A stretch of 64,000 nucleotides of DNA from Raillietiella orientalis (taxonomy: Eukaryota). Position numbers and translations under genes: made by a program. This document shows, piece by piece, positions 26,228 to 39,800 of the stretch. The stretch spans positions 682,001 through 746,000 of the forward strand of contig JAYWIR010000010.1 of NCBI GenBank assembly GCA_036172245.1, in the 5' to 3' direction. The notes beneath the pieces are model-generated. The model did not search any database and was not told the DNA's origin. It saw only the letters and a program-made list of their open reading frames with translations. Within the stretch, counting starts at the first letter, position 1. Each line of letters starts with the position of its first letter.

Positions 26228-27826
26228 ATGAAAAATCTGAAATGCTCTGGAGTATATGTTACATATGATCCCATCACAAATTTTAAACTAAGGTAAGCAG
26301 ATACGTGGAGGAATCAAAGCTCAGGTGACACATTACAGAGTGCATGTCTGGAAAGTGCAGTCACGTAGGTTTTGTTTGCAACCAAGTGATGTATTGGAAG
26401 AAAACATGGACAAAAATGACGAGGACGATGATGATTTTGAAGAACGTGTAATTGCATGGCAAGAAAAAATTGATAGGTAGTGGGAAATTTCTTTCACTTT
26501 TTCCTCTCAAGTGATACACAACTCATGTTTTTGTCCCCTTTTTTATTCTTTGCTATAAGCAAAGTTACCTATTCAAAGTAATTTCGATTTTTTGTCTCAA
26601 AGACCCAGTACCGAAAGGAATCAAAATAACCCACAAGACAATGGCATCTTGAGAAACAAAATGATTTTTACTTGGATTCATGGAGAAGATTCCGGGTGTC
26701 AGGAATCAAAAGTTCAGTATGCCGCACTGCAAACTCACTCAAAACAGTATGAAACCATGAGTATCATGGCAGAGTTTAGATCAGAGTGCAGGTTGTATGG
26801 TTGAATTTTTAAGTCATTTACTTTTCTCTCTGTAGGGATGTCCTACTTTGTTTTCTGTGCTACAATCATCGTAAAAAACTTTTACATATTTGGCCGGACT
26901 TTTCAAATTCAGGAACTAGTTACCTAATTCCTTCTCCTGATAAAGCCATAGAATATCAGGTGTATCGTTATAGACTGAGTCATGCTTCTGTGCAACCATC
27001 TTCAAAAGATACTGTTAGGGAAACAAATCTCCTGCAACAGTTTATTTTGCAAAAACAACAGGCACGAATGGCTGTTGTTGGCTCTTTTTGTGACTCTCCA
27101 CCTCCAGATACTTTGAAAATGCTTTTGTGCTGTCAAATTATATCCCTAAAAAACTTTGAGGCTGCAAATGTTTTTCTGTACTATTTGATAGATCTACCAT
27201 CTGGATGGACAACAACTGAATCAGCTAACCTATATGGAATGACACAATCCTGCTATCAGTTCATACGCCACGGACTCCCTCAGGCTTACGTTGGCCATCC
27301 CATTGAATTGACTTTGCAGTATTCTCCAGAAACAGCATCCAAAGAGTTTAGAGCATCCTGGCCATGTTTATATTTAGAAGTGTGTAGTCAAGACATGTGG
27401 GGATGTCAGCGATGTGAAGGATATGGATGGGCATATTTGCCTCAAAGTCCAGGCATGCAAGAGATAAGCATACAGACTTATAGACCTGTTGGTAATCACA
27501 GAGATGAGATGCAAAGATTTTTTCTGGGTAGTGAACCCCAATTCTCTGATTTGACTTACGCAGGCATTCCCAGTACTCAAGAATCTTCTTGTCTCAGTAG
27601 ATTTGGCATACAAACAGCAACTGCCGGAAGCATTCAAATTTCATGGAATTGTCTGTTTCAATCCCATCCATCGGACCAGAATGCTATGAAAGCAAATTTT
27701 TGGGAACGAACACAGTTGGCACCAGAAGGTTCTCGATTAGCTGCCATTGTTAATGCTTTCCATAAAGCACATCAGCAGCTAGTCCAGGTGCGCCAGGGTT
27801 TCCATGTCCCTTCAGTGATTTCTTGA
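26228..27826 (+). CDS. MKS1: Meckel syndrome type 1 protein, B9/C2-domain ciliary transition-zone protein (~460 aa); exons 26228-26292, 26339-26476, 26603-26791, 26836-27826
   Basis: GVYVTYDPITNFKLRVH, EERVIAWQEK, IFTW, ETMSIMAE, IWPDF, then B9 domain (NFEAANVFLYYLIDLPSGW..GMTQ..WPCLYLEVCSQDMWGCQRCEGYG..PG..TYRP..EMQRFFLG) and C-terminal AFHKAH helix. Confidence 0.9.
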
Positions 27827-30279
27827 TTTCTTAATTTTCCAATTAAAGATCGCTTACACAGACCTTACTAATATTCTTATAAATGTAGGTGTTTTAAGAT
27901 GTGCTTTTGTATGACAATGTAGATTGTAAACTGTTTAAAAATACAGTGCCTACATGAACACATTATTAATACACAAGAGAAGTGCAACAGAAATACCGTG
28001 TAATGATTGAACGCACAGATCCACCTGCATTTAAATAGTCCATTAAATAGCTGCAGTTTACAATTAATCATTTTTGTCGCATTCACATATTTTTCTTTGA
28101 AAATGGCATCTTTTATTCTAAAAATATTCAATTTTGATGATATCAAATAATGGTGCATAAATTATGAATCCAATTCATGAATACTTAATGCAGAACATCC
28201 AGAGTATTTTGACTCAAAATGTTAATTTTTGCGTAAGCAAAGGAATACAACTGTTTACCAAAGCAAGAAACAAAACAATCCTTGTTTCTAGTTAGTATAA
28301 CTGATAATTTCTTAAAGGAGAATGACTTTGTATGATTCTGAACTCTGAATAAAAATTTGCAAAAAATCAGAATTTGGTCTAAATGCAAATGACAATCACT
28401 CTGCAGTATGATTCCAATTTATGTTTTTAGATCTTTTCTTTATTAAATATTCTTCGTGCTAATTAGGTATAAATCCTTTTTTCAATCTTTCATGACTCAC
28501 TGTAGCATTCGTTCTAAACATTCCATTACTTGGCAAATTATTATTCCCGAGATAAAGAGAAGCAGTCACTTAAACTCCGCCCTCCATGCATTAACAATTT
28601 TCCTTAATTATATCTACCACTGCTGTAATCCTTATTAAGGAATGCTTAATTTTTATTCTATTAATAAAATACTCACTCTACAAATTTTTGATTACAATTT
28701 TCAGTTTGGGATCCAAATTGTTTCTTTCTTCCATGTACTTCTTTGTACATCCTTCTTGTTAGTGTTGACTTTTGCTTCTCCATCCTATCTGTCTGTCAGA
28801 TTTCCACTCTAGGCACTAAGATTCAACTGCCACAATATTAGTAAGCTGTTCTGGTCTTCGCTCACAACGATCGCATTCTCTGTGCATGTGTAGTGCAATT
28901 AACTAACTTCTAATTATTACAAAATAATAGAGTAAGTAAAGGATGTTGAGTCCTCTCTTTCAACTACATCATAGCATTTTAACTCTTTGATTTGGTTTAG
29001 CTATGCATACATCTAACATTCTTGGTATGTGATCTTATTCCTCATTGCAATCTATTTATGCAAACAAATAGTTACACTTCAAAGTAATATCTTACTGCCT
29101 TTCTAGGTAACATTTCATGAATACGAAAGTTATAAATTGAAATTGATAAATGTTTTGCAAGCAAGAGTTCTGTCAATGTATTCAATGTGTAACAAGATAA
29201 GAAAAGCAAATTGTTGATCCATAATGAACTATCATAAACATAATCAACATTAGCATGTAAAACAATGATAAATCTCTGAATTCCACAGATCCACATTGTT
29301 TCTTGAAAGCTAATGCTGCTTGATAATTACCAATCCCAACATTCATCATCATCACCTTTAGCTAATAAACTCAATCATCTTCAGTATCATGCACTATCCC
29401 TAAATTGCACAAGTATTCTAATTGCTGCTGAATGATTTATGAAACAATGATACCTACTGATCCCATATGAATATCATTCCCACCAAACAGTTGCAATCTA
29501 GAAGTCAAAATTATGAAACACATTTCTATAAGAAACCCAACTTACTACAGTTTTTCCTCATGCCAACCTATTTCCGTGATTTTAATGAAGAATTTATCTT
29601 CCTACCTCCTAATTCATCATATTATTCATAAAAAACAGCCATGTGCCCCTGTCAACAAAACAAACAGCAACATGTATTTCTCCCCTTCCATCATCCTTCT
29701 GATGATAATTAAACTCACATCAAAGAAAAAAGCTATAATTACCCTATGAGCCCTTACCTGCCTTCTGCTCTGCCAATCCTTAAATGTATTGTAACAATAC
29801 ACACAATGCAATTAAGCACCTGAACCAGACAGCTGCACCCAAAATACTTCCTAAAATTTAACATCACCCAAAATCCTGGAACTTCAGAATTACTCAGTGA
29901 GAAATTGGCTCCAAAGTTTATATGGCCACATATCCATTACACAAACTGGCAACCAACTAGCAAAAATTTAAAATCTTTACATTCACAAATTTCCATAGTC
30001 CTGAATCTTTGAAGGAACAAGCAGGAACCACCAAATGAGAAAAGGAATTAAAAACTACAAGCACAAATATCTTACATGCCTTGATACCTCAATTCAGTGA
30101 CAAACATCATAAAAGAAATTTCTTACAAAATCAAACAATAATCACATTCTTGAAATTATAGAATACTTGAAAGAATATAAATAGAAAATATAAAGAATAT
30201 GAATATTGAATACAAATACATATAATCAAATCATAAAACATATACAAACAAATCTTAGAAGCCTTAAAAATCACCAGTA

Positions 30280-31720
30280 ATGCTATCATGCAGCCATTAT
30301 CATATGGACTTTGCCTTACATTTAAGAAAAAACTCACATCAAAACAATTCAACAGTCAAGACTAGTAAAAATTATTCATCGCCATCCAAAGTGCCTGCAT
30401 GCTATCAGAATTTCTTTTTCTAGCTCTTCACATCAAGATAATCATTTCAAATCATTGAGCAACACTAAGCTACGCACTCACCTTAACATTTCAAATTGAT
30501 TACTTGTATCATATGGTTGAGTACCCTTGACAGAATCCATATGATCTTTCCAATGTGTTTAATGACAGAAAACCCTCAAATACTCAGTTATTATTTTCGA
30601 ATAACGATAACTATGGCAATTCCCTCCACCTAAAGTGACCAATCATGAGTTCATCCTCTTTTCACATAACCAACTGCTGTTACCATTAAAATAACACCAT
30701 GCACAGTAATGCAACCAAGTTCAAAAGAAAAAAAAAAACCATCAGCCAAGTTCTCCTCCGAAAACTTTATTGATTTTAGCCTCAGTAAACGACTCAGTAT
30801 GCAAACCTATAACCCACACAAAACCATAAACTGTATAATCATTATTCTGATCTTTATCGGTAGACCAGACTCAAATTAAGGACTTGAATGTTTCTAATTA
30901 TTGTCTCCAGCAAACTTCTGATGCTAACCACCATTACTACATGCACACTGATCTATACTTCACAATCAAATTATTAAACATTGCATCTAATTCTCACTTG
31001 TGCACTTTATCACTTTCTATTCCAGTGATCTTTTCATCTTGTTTCTTGAAGAACTCATAAATTCCTTTATACTATTGACCTCATATTTATCACTGCACTA
31101 TTTGCTCATACTTGAAGAATACTTTTCACAGTTTTTTTCATAAGCTCTCATCAACAAACTTTCATTTGCTAACCACAAGATATTAATTATACCCCTGTTA
31201 TATTTCTCAGACCCTCACCATTTTAATTTACCAACATGCCTCTATCCAGACATGGTCCACTTTTGTTTTTTAGCATTAGACTCTGATTTTAGTGACATTA
31301 GCTGATGCTGATTCATATTTCTTCTTAACAATCTAACTTCTGTTATTTGTCAAATATTCTCAAACTAGCAGACATGTTTTTCATGTTGCAATAACCTTTT
31401 TACTTGACTAATTCCTTCATACGACTGCCATTATTTATTATAATTATTGTGAGGAGCCAAGAAGTAACTTGCCTACTTTCTACCTTTACCCTAATCGACA
31501 TCCATTGACTAATTTTCAACAAACTGAAATTTTTCAGCCTTAGTTCAACCATCAACTAATTTTTTCTGCATCATTTTATTCTCTTTATGTTCATGATTGT
31601 ACTAAATTCGTCCTTGGGCCTCTTCTTTACTCAATCACAGACCAACCATTTTTCTTTGCACATACATACAACCTTGATACATGCATCCAATGTCACCTAT
31701 TCTTTCCGATAAGAGATTTC
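30280..31720 (-). mobile_element. Heavily decayed CR1/L2-type LINE 5' region (ORF1 and start of APE endonuclease)
   Basis: Minus-strand motif remnants in the expected order across broken frames: PHD-like HWMH (~31690), EKYNRGIINI (~31200), YGFVWV (~30820), GIAIVI (~30620). Motif-level only. Confidence 0.3.
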
Positions 31721-33429
31721 ACAAGAGTAATACCCACCTTCCTTCCATTCATACAAAATACAACTTCTAACTAAATATCAAAATTCCATCAATGTACCCT
31801 CCCATTCTACTATCCTATATCCAGTCAGAATGATGCCTCTTTTTTTTGGCAATACAGTCCTTTGATTCATCTCCTCCAAGCTTGGAATCATCGCTAAATG
31901 ATCACGTAAATCTGCAAGTTCCACCAATTCATTTATGAAAATCAAGTTAAAATGATCAACCAAGAACAGCCTCTGTGGCTCGAGAACACAGATTTTCCTA
32001 ATCCAGGCAATATATGCACAAGCACACCTCCAAAGAAAAACACGTCACAAGAAAATTGCTGATTAAACAACTTATCCAGCAACCGACAAAATAAATTCAT
32101 GGTTTCATGAAATACAACCACATGTATACACTGATAAGAGTTTCTAGTCGTCCACTATTAAAAGATGATAACAGTTAAACTTCACCCAAAGTTACTATTC
32201 TCAAATTACTGTGGCTACTTTAATTCTAAACATAACCTAGCCCACCTCGCCTGATGGTCATCATCCACAGTCCCTAACTGCTTGCTAAAAGTGCAAAATC
32301 ATTTAAACCGAAACGTTGGTCAAAGCATACGTGAACTTTCAACAGAGTTGGGGACACACCACCTGCCATGAAACATCCCATGACTACAACACCCACGATC
32401 CATTCAAAGAGACCAGGAGCATACCAAGGGGATCCTGCTGCTTCAGAAAAACAAGCATCTCGACCATGTTCCCCATGCAACAGCCACCCAGAGAAGAAAT
32501 CCAACTCCCCTACAAAATCCGAATCTCTTTGTCATTCTTAATGATTCACTATAAAGTATGCGACGCACTTTTTTTAGCAAATGAGCAACTTGACTGAAAA
32601 AACGTTCTTACCCAATCCAACGGTATTCCTTATTCCAACTGTTTATCGAAATGAGAAGTAAACTCAATTGGAACATGGGAAGACCTCAAGGCAGCAGCAG
32701 ATGAATAAACCTTGCTGGGTAACATGATGCATCAGAGCACTTCAGAAATGTGAGAACGTGCAAAAGACTTCATGGCAAGGTTCCATCAACGGTTCGACAG
32801 CTTACTGCATATAATTTCTACTTCAGGATTTCTGTAGCAACACGTGCTGCAACAGGGAATCTGGAGAGCAGCTTTCTTCACCTATGTATGGAAGTGTTCC
32901 TTCCGGCAAGGCCATAGTCTTCTTCTCGTACGTACTAATTCGCAACACCCATGGCGCTCAAGAGATTTACACCAAACCTTGGACACGGTGGGAACTGCTT
33001 TACCAGCATTAGCTGGAACGATCCAAATTGCATCGACTAACATCAAATATCGAGTAATGCCCAGGCAATATCATCAGATAAGTAATCTTTAAAGAGAGCG
33101 TCAGATCCTTTAGATCCTCCCTAGCTCTTACTCATAAATACGGAAAAGGTGTATAAATGAATGGATTCTAGGAAATAAAAGAGGGTCGACCACAATCGAC
33201 TGAGATTCCTGAATAGAAAATGTGAGCATTTTCAGGAGTTTGTCGGTCGATGCACGGAGACCTAAGATTCCGAACACACGGACGTACTCAATGAAATTTC
33301 ATCAAAAGTGATTGGGAGAGTGATGAGGAAGTACACCACCATTCAGCTACACCTCAGCTTAAAGCCAAGTCCTCGACAGGATCCCTGAGATTTCGAATAC
33401 ATCCGACAGAGTCCTCACACACACCCATT

Positions 33430-34419
33430 ACGCGAGGGACAGGTGCGAAGATTCCTATTCGCGCGACACAACGACCGCACGCTCTAAGAGATCCTGGAGG
33501 ATCCCCGAAAAAACGGGTGGGCAGGAAGAACTTCCGTTGCTGCGGCGCTGCCCTCCCTCAGGGAACATCTGGATAGCGACATCGCGGCAAAATGGGAAAT
33601 TTTCGTTAAAATCTCCGGGACGGAAAAGATCGGAAAACGGGTCAGCTGGCCAACGCTGCGACCCCGAGTACAACCCCACATGGACTCTTGCTCTGGGGCG
33701 AGCTGCTGAATGTTCCGGTGGAACACCTGAAGTGGCCCCCGGTGCTTATGGACACGCGCACCCTCCCCATGAAGTGGCAGCAGTCGGCGCTGCTGGTGCT
33801 GCATTGGGATGTCCCATGCAACGCCCGCCGTCACCACTGGACGCGCGGGGGTGTCGACGCCAATAGTGTTAGGTGTGGGGAGAGGGAATCCCTCCTCCAC
33901 CTGTTAGTGGATTGTGTCGCCTTCCGGCCCCTATGCAAACGCTTTGTTGCGACCTGTGGCAACCCCAGGGACTCAATTAGACCCCTCTTCGTTCGCGACG
34001 CCCTTCGGCCAGCGGCCTCCCTTGCAGCCCTGTGCTGCCTACGCGGGATCGTCACTGCATGGAACAACGCGACGGGAGGACCCAGCTATAGGAATGCCAC
34101 CGTCCTGAGGATGGCGACGCTATGGCCCTACCTGGAATTCCATATTCAGGAAGAGCTTGCCAGCATCCTCCAAAGGATGTGACGGACCCTCACAGCAGAC
34201 TTCTCGCGCCCTCCCAGTTCTTTTATTTATCTTTCTTTTTTGTTTTTCTTTTTGTTTATAACCCCCTGCCCTCTGCTGCCGAGGTGGACCGCACCGGTCT
34301 ACGAACCGGTGACCCGGCAGGCTTCCAACATCTAGCGCGTGGCTGGGTTACGGGTCCAGCCACAGATCTTGTAAATGTTTATTCGAAAGAATAAACTCCC
34401 CGGCTCACCCAGGTGGAAG
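33430..34419 (+). mobile_element. 5'-truncated L1/Tx1-like LINE with zf-RVT-like C-terminus and structured 3' UTR
   Basis: ORF 33688-34182: LLVLHWDVPCNARR..SVRCGERESLLHLLVDC (degenerate CCHC of LINE ORF2); upstream frame broken by stop/frameshift; AATAAA at 34390. Putative TSD TCACACACACCCATT (33415-33429) / TCACACATACCCGTT (34420-34434). Confidence 0.8.
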
Positions 34420-35278
34420 TCACACATACCCGTTCATGGGGCGAAATCAAAAGTTCAGACGAATTGATGATTATCCCGACCTATTTAGATGAATCCTCAC
34501 CAATAGAGTATTGCAAATATCTAAAGTACTTTTCCATCACAAGTCTTTTAGACTTGCATGCAGCTGCATTTAATATTTCCATCAAAAACTTCCAGTAAAT
34601 TGTGGATCGAGTATGGAATGTATTAAGCCAACTGGTTCGTATCTTAAGTAATCAGGATCATATATGCTAAAAAGTAGCTGTAAATTTCAGATGGGTTTGT
34701 TTAGAAAGTTGCGAAAAGGCTACTTCTCCAATTGAAGAAAACACATTCTGTTTATGGGTCCAAGCTCATCGAATCCAATTATTCTCAATTCAAGAGACAC
34801 AAAGTTTCGAAACATCTTCGCTGATTCCTAGTGCTGAACTCATTATTTGAAAAATTCGTGGCTCTAAACTTTTTCCAATTTCGTGTCGCTTCAACTTTGT
34901 GAGAATCTAGCTGGTGTTCAGTTTGAAGTTTCGGTCGATTCATTGAGCTTGCAGAATGATAATTATAAACTCCATGCTATGCATTTAGTTTCTTAAAGAC
35001 GTGTGTGCACTGCTTTCAAAAGATAAAAGGGAAGAGACCATCATGGTACCAAAATTTCATTTATATCAAGGGAAAATAAATTTTTCGAGAAAATGAAAAA
35101 GGCATGCTTGAAATCAGACTGGACTCATCCTAGTTTTTTTTCCCCTTCCTTATCATACTGCTTTGCAATGAACAGAAAAGACTAAAGAGTGAAGCAAAAG
35201 AGGAACAATTCTAAAAGATTTAACAAAAAACGAAACCATCAGTTAAAGCAAATGAAAGCAAACAATCCATGAACTGAC

Positions 35279-35374
35279 GAACTCGAAGCAGCCAACGACT
35301 CTGTGGAAACTCAGCTCGGTGCTGAAATTGAAGCAGCCAATGAGTCTGGGAACACTCAACTTGGTGCTGAACTT
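35279..35374 (+). repeat. 45-bp tandem repeat (2 units + 6 bp) reading ELEAANDSVETQLGA / EIEAANESGNTQLGA
   Basis: Units 35279-35323 and 35324-35368; 9 differences, 6 at third codon positions; followed by in-frame TAG at 35375. Confidence 0.85.
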
Positions 35375-36270
35375 TAGTACAGGAGCAGCGAACGGCAACA
35401 GATGAAATCTAGACACAACGGATCCACAAATGTGAAAAGACAAAGCAACCGGAATCCCAAAAGACTGTTCACGAGACTCTGAAGCCATAGAGCTGTGGAC
35501 CAGCAATCAACTCAGCGCCTACTCAAATATCATGACCGTAACCGACAAGCGCGCCACGTAAGGAGTCATTGAGATTTGCAATCCTTTCATTCATTCTAAA
35601 TTTTCAGGGACACTCCCTGAGGATGGCGCGAGTCTGCACATCGCGCACATCGTCTGGCTCGTTTTGCATCTGGAGATTGATGCCGTGAGCAACAAAAATA
35701 GAACGGGTCTTGAACTCCAGGATCGCAGGGTGAGTTTCAAAGTCCTGAATTGACACTGTCCTGCTTCCTGATATCATCAGAAAAGTTCCCTTAGGAGGAA
35801 TTAGATGTCGATAAAGCCAAGTTCAAAGCACCAGTGGCATCATCCACAAAGCTAATCGAGGCTGTATGTATTCTCAGTCTTTATGCAAATCAGTCGAATC
35901 GTCTGCTACTCGAGGAATCGTTTCGAATAAGAGTGGTGATTGAAGAGCATTTTGTGCGGTTTGTGTGAGTTTGTTTATTTTTTTCATGATGCTTAGAAAT
36001 TTTGCTTGGTTAATAGTCTTTTATTATTTGAGCGCTTCAACGCGCTTACTTCAATGGAAGCTCCTCCGACCTCTTCCTGGGCTTCTGATGTTGCCGGATG
36101 CAGCTTTGCCACACCTACTGATTCGCATCATAAAAACGTGCTGGTCATTTGCAAGCATTTTTTCTTCTGTTCAAACCGAAATCTCTGTTTTTCTTTTAGC
36201 ACCGCGTTCTGGCATGCGCTTTTTTCTTTCCGAATGGAAATCCTTCAGCCTTCTAGGAAGCGTTGTTGAA
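35279..36270 (+). pseudogene. Orphan spliced unit (decayed lineage-specific gene or lncRNA)
   Basis: Four consecutive 50-52 nt GT-AG candidates (35558-35607, 35730-35780, 35864-35914, 35965-36016); partial frame EELDVDKAKFK...ERFNALTSME; in-frame stops upstream; no recognised homolog. Confidence 0.4.
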
Positions 36271-38634
36271 AAGATTAATCCTTCTTCGTATTCGGCCTCT
36301 ACGAATGCTGTTCTCCGCCCTACAGCAGTAAATCCATGGCAGTGATCTTAATCTTTCATATCACCCCTCATTTCCTGGTTACCAAAATTTGCCTGGTCAC
36401 CCCACTTCCTGGTTACAGTTTCACGTAATGCATGTCGATCTCATGTGGTCAGTCGCGCAACCTTCGATTTTTCTATTCTGCCCAGTCAATGTTCCTGGAT
36501 AGCCCACTGAGTTTCCCTACTCCCAAATCACAGATAGACTTGCAGGAAAAGCACCCATCTCCTCTACGTTTGAGCATGATCAGATAATTCGTGCCTGCTC
36601 TGTTGGTATTCCCTCATTACAAACCGCCCTTGTGAAAATGCAGGTGATAGCACGTGTTGATGCTGTGATTCTCAATATTTCGGCAGGGCTGCGCGATTAT
36701 TTCTTCCTTTCCAAAGTTAGTAAAGGCTTTTTTTTTTGAGTATGCGTGTGTGTAAGCTGTCTACTCCTGTGTTAATGCCTTACAAATGACTTATCAGAAT
36801 TCATACCTCCCGTTTGAAACGCGAGCCGAACTCGCAGATTTCAGGATGCATTTTTTCCCTTGAGCTGTGCGACCGTTTCTCTGTTTTGTATCATTAATTA
36901 CTGAATCCTTATCTTGAGTATATTGTGAACCCTTGAGTCATATAACCCTTGGGTCAAGATAATGATCCTGCACTCTAGAAAAACATCTCCATCATCATCG
37001 GGCATCGGATTTGCAAGAAGGAAAATGGCCATCCCCTTGACTTCCTCATTGACCTTACTTTATGGAAGCGAATTCATTATAGAACTGCTTGTTCTCATCG
37101 AAACGTGGATCCCTTATTCTTCTGACATGTTGATATCAGTACTCATCATTTAGACCTTTTCCTTATCTTTTTCCCGTCCCCTTGATGTTTTTGGCATCCT
37201 TCAGCAGAAGATCTGAGGATTTTACTTGCTGTAATGACTTCTCTCACCACAAAGCTTTTTACTTCTGCTGCATGCTGATACCAAGCATGCACTTCAGTTT
37301 CATCATTAGAAAAAATATTCTTTCCCAAGTTGAAAATCAAGAATTTCTTTCTATAATTTTAAAAGTTAGAATCCTTGTTTCCATACTCCTTTCCTTCCTT
37401 TTGCAACTTAACGTAGACAAACGTGACGTGGGAGCAAGACGGAATTATTTCAATCGGAGAAAAATGGGATTACTCGATTCATAAGTATTACTCTTTGCAA
37501 ATCATTGCCTTTGCAGATCCCAAATCCCTTCTAAGTCTGATGGAAACCTTTCTTTGGAGGTGCTGGAACACTTCGTTACATAACCGAGGCATCGAGAAAA
37601 TACCAAGGTAACTTCATAAGGTTTGTCCCCTATTCTTGTTCTAGGCTCGAGTTGCTTTGGTAACCACCCCGTACATTCCCCTTTCGGTAATACAGTTTCC
37701 CACGATGTCTTGGTGGGCGAAGAACTACTACAGACAGAAGAAGTCCGTATCTGTTGATGATGGAGATGCAAGCTGAACGGAAGAAGAGCGAGAAGATGTT
37801 TCAAATCAGGATGAAGTCTTGATTGACTTTTGAAAAGACGCACCCTGTGGCACCAGGATTCCTGTCTACCGTTCGCTTTTGATCTTGTTTGCAAAAAGAG
37901 TTCAAAACCCCGGATCTCCGCGCATTTGAAGACTTTTGGCAAAAGCTAAGAATCTTTTTTGCATGTGAAGGTAGGTGGCAATTCAAGAGCATGCAGTGAG
38001 CTGCGTAAGAATCGATCGGTCGCTTGCATGTGCGACCATTGCTGAAAGTGAGGTCCGGTAGACAGCTAAGCTCGTCACAAACGAAGGCACTGTCACCCGA
38101 TTTTCTTGAGTATAAGGAAACAACAGAGAATGATCATAAAATTCCGCACATGTTTAAAAAGACGTTTACCCTGTTGATGGAAGCATAGCTGGACGCTGGT
38201 GAAAAAGTGCAAGGTCAAGAAGAAGGAACGGGTCTCCCCCAGCAAAGACGATGCTAACGGTTCTGTAGAAAGAGTGGGTTTGATCAGTACGTTAAGGAGA
38301 AAGGAACAGTAAATTCCAAGGTCCACGCCGCTACACTGCAAAGACTCCGTAGGCTGCGGAGTTGTTGCTCATGGAAACCGCAATCTCCCCTTCTCTCTCA
38401 CTGTGATGCGCGATTGCACAGCAGCATGCAGTTGACAGAAGCCATCACACATCTGGTTGGGGATACTCCCTCCGTCAGCCCTGATTCGACTCCTCTCATT
38501 CTCTGTTTGCTTAATGCAATGATGAGTGCCACGACTCATGTACGAAAGTTTTGGGGTGATGGCGAAGCTGCTGAGTACCAGAGTGCCTTTGGCAAGCATC
38601 ATGGAGGCTTGTTTCCAGTCGGTGGCAAGCAGCC

Positions 38635-39210
38635 TGTGCCGGAGGCCATGTGGCTACGGTGGTCTCCGCGCGTGGCACCTCCAAGCGTCGCGGGTTCGAA
38701 TACTCCGAACTGAATCGACGGGGCGGTGCGTCGTGGGTTCGAGTTCCTCTTCCCGCAAGATGGCGCTGGCTGGCCTCCTTTCATTCGGGTGCGGCACTGG
38801 TAACGGTTGGAACCGGATGTACCCGATGAGGACCTGGACAAATGAGAGTGGTCCTTCCAGGAATCAAGGAGTGGGAGCTCCCCTCCGGTTGCAAAGGAGA
38901 ACGGACCCCCCATTCCAGAGGATCATCCGCGTCGTCCTGATGGAGTGGGTGTGTCGCCACCACCCTTCCAGAGAGTGCAAAGAAGCGAGCCGATCCCTTC
39001 GGAGAGCCCTGCCCTTCTGAGTAGATTCGGGAGCGTCCCTTCGGGGTTCCATTCAGAGGAGTAAACAGGAGAAGTTCCCTTGCGTGTGACCCCTCCGGAG
39101 AAGAAATTCCAGGAGCGGATCATTTCCGGATTCCCTTCAGGGAAGAAAAAATGAAGCGGTCTCCCACGGCAGGGGTCTCTCCGGAGAAAACAAGGAAGGA
39201 GGTCAGTTCT
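38635..39210 (+). mobile_element. Long tRNA-headed SINE-like element, copy 2 (3' part missing or diverged)
   Basis: A-box-like TGGCTACGGTGG (38651-38662) and B-box-like GGTTCGAATAC (38693-38703); body colinear with the reverse complement of 13985-14789 minus the nested insert (e.g. ccttccaggaatc, ccttcggg, ctccggag). Confidence 0.7.
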
Positions 39211-39499
39211 TCTCAGGTCACTCGTCGTCAAAATAGAGCAGCTTCGGAAGCACGAAGATATCTTAAGGATTTTTTTTTTTTTTTGGGGTGGGCTGATCGG
39301 GGTCCGGTCATAATTTCCGATGCTTCAGAGTAGGTTTTTTGTGTGGATCCTGGCACATCCTGTCTTCCGCTGATCCTGGCTTCACACGCTGCATCTTGGG
39401 TCTTGGCTGATGTGCCCCAGGTCCTTACTCAACCTCTACAGGGGCAATCGATGCCTTCTTAGGTGGGCGGCGCCAGCATGTATGTCCTTCTCTAAGGAA

Positions 39500-39800
39500 A
39501 CCATCGATCAGGATGGCGAGAAAACACCCGAATCGACCCGAGGTGCCTTTGGAATGGACAAAAGCTCATTGTGGGTGGAATCGATTCTCGCTTCTCCGTG
39601 TACACACTGGTCCTGAACTGCTCGCTCCGGAAAATCGAAAGCACGAAGAAGTCCCGTTCACCCTCTACTCAGCACTTAGTGCTCACAGAGATCCTGTTTC
39701 TCTCCACGGGCGCGCTACAAGGAGCTTCACCAGGTTTCTTGACCGGCCCTCTGTTGCTGCGGTCCCTTGAAGTTCCAGAAACATGCGAGCGCCCGTCGCG
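39500..39800 (+). mobile_element. Possible decayed non-LTR reverse transcriptase fragment
   Basis: Frameshifted remnants EVPLEW / GIDSRF / LTEILFLSTGALQG..PLLLRSLE resemble the RT region from DSVPHxW to QGxxLSPLLF. Confidence 0.25.

Noticed and set aside
38640..38710. tRNA gene (also 14705-14785)
   Set aside because: A/B-box-like motifs are present but no convincing cloverleaf or acceptor stem; continues into repeat body.
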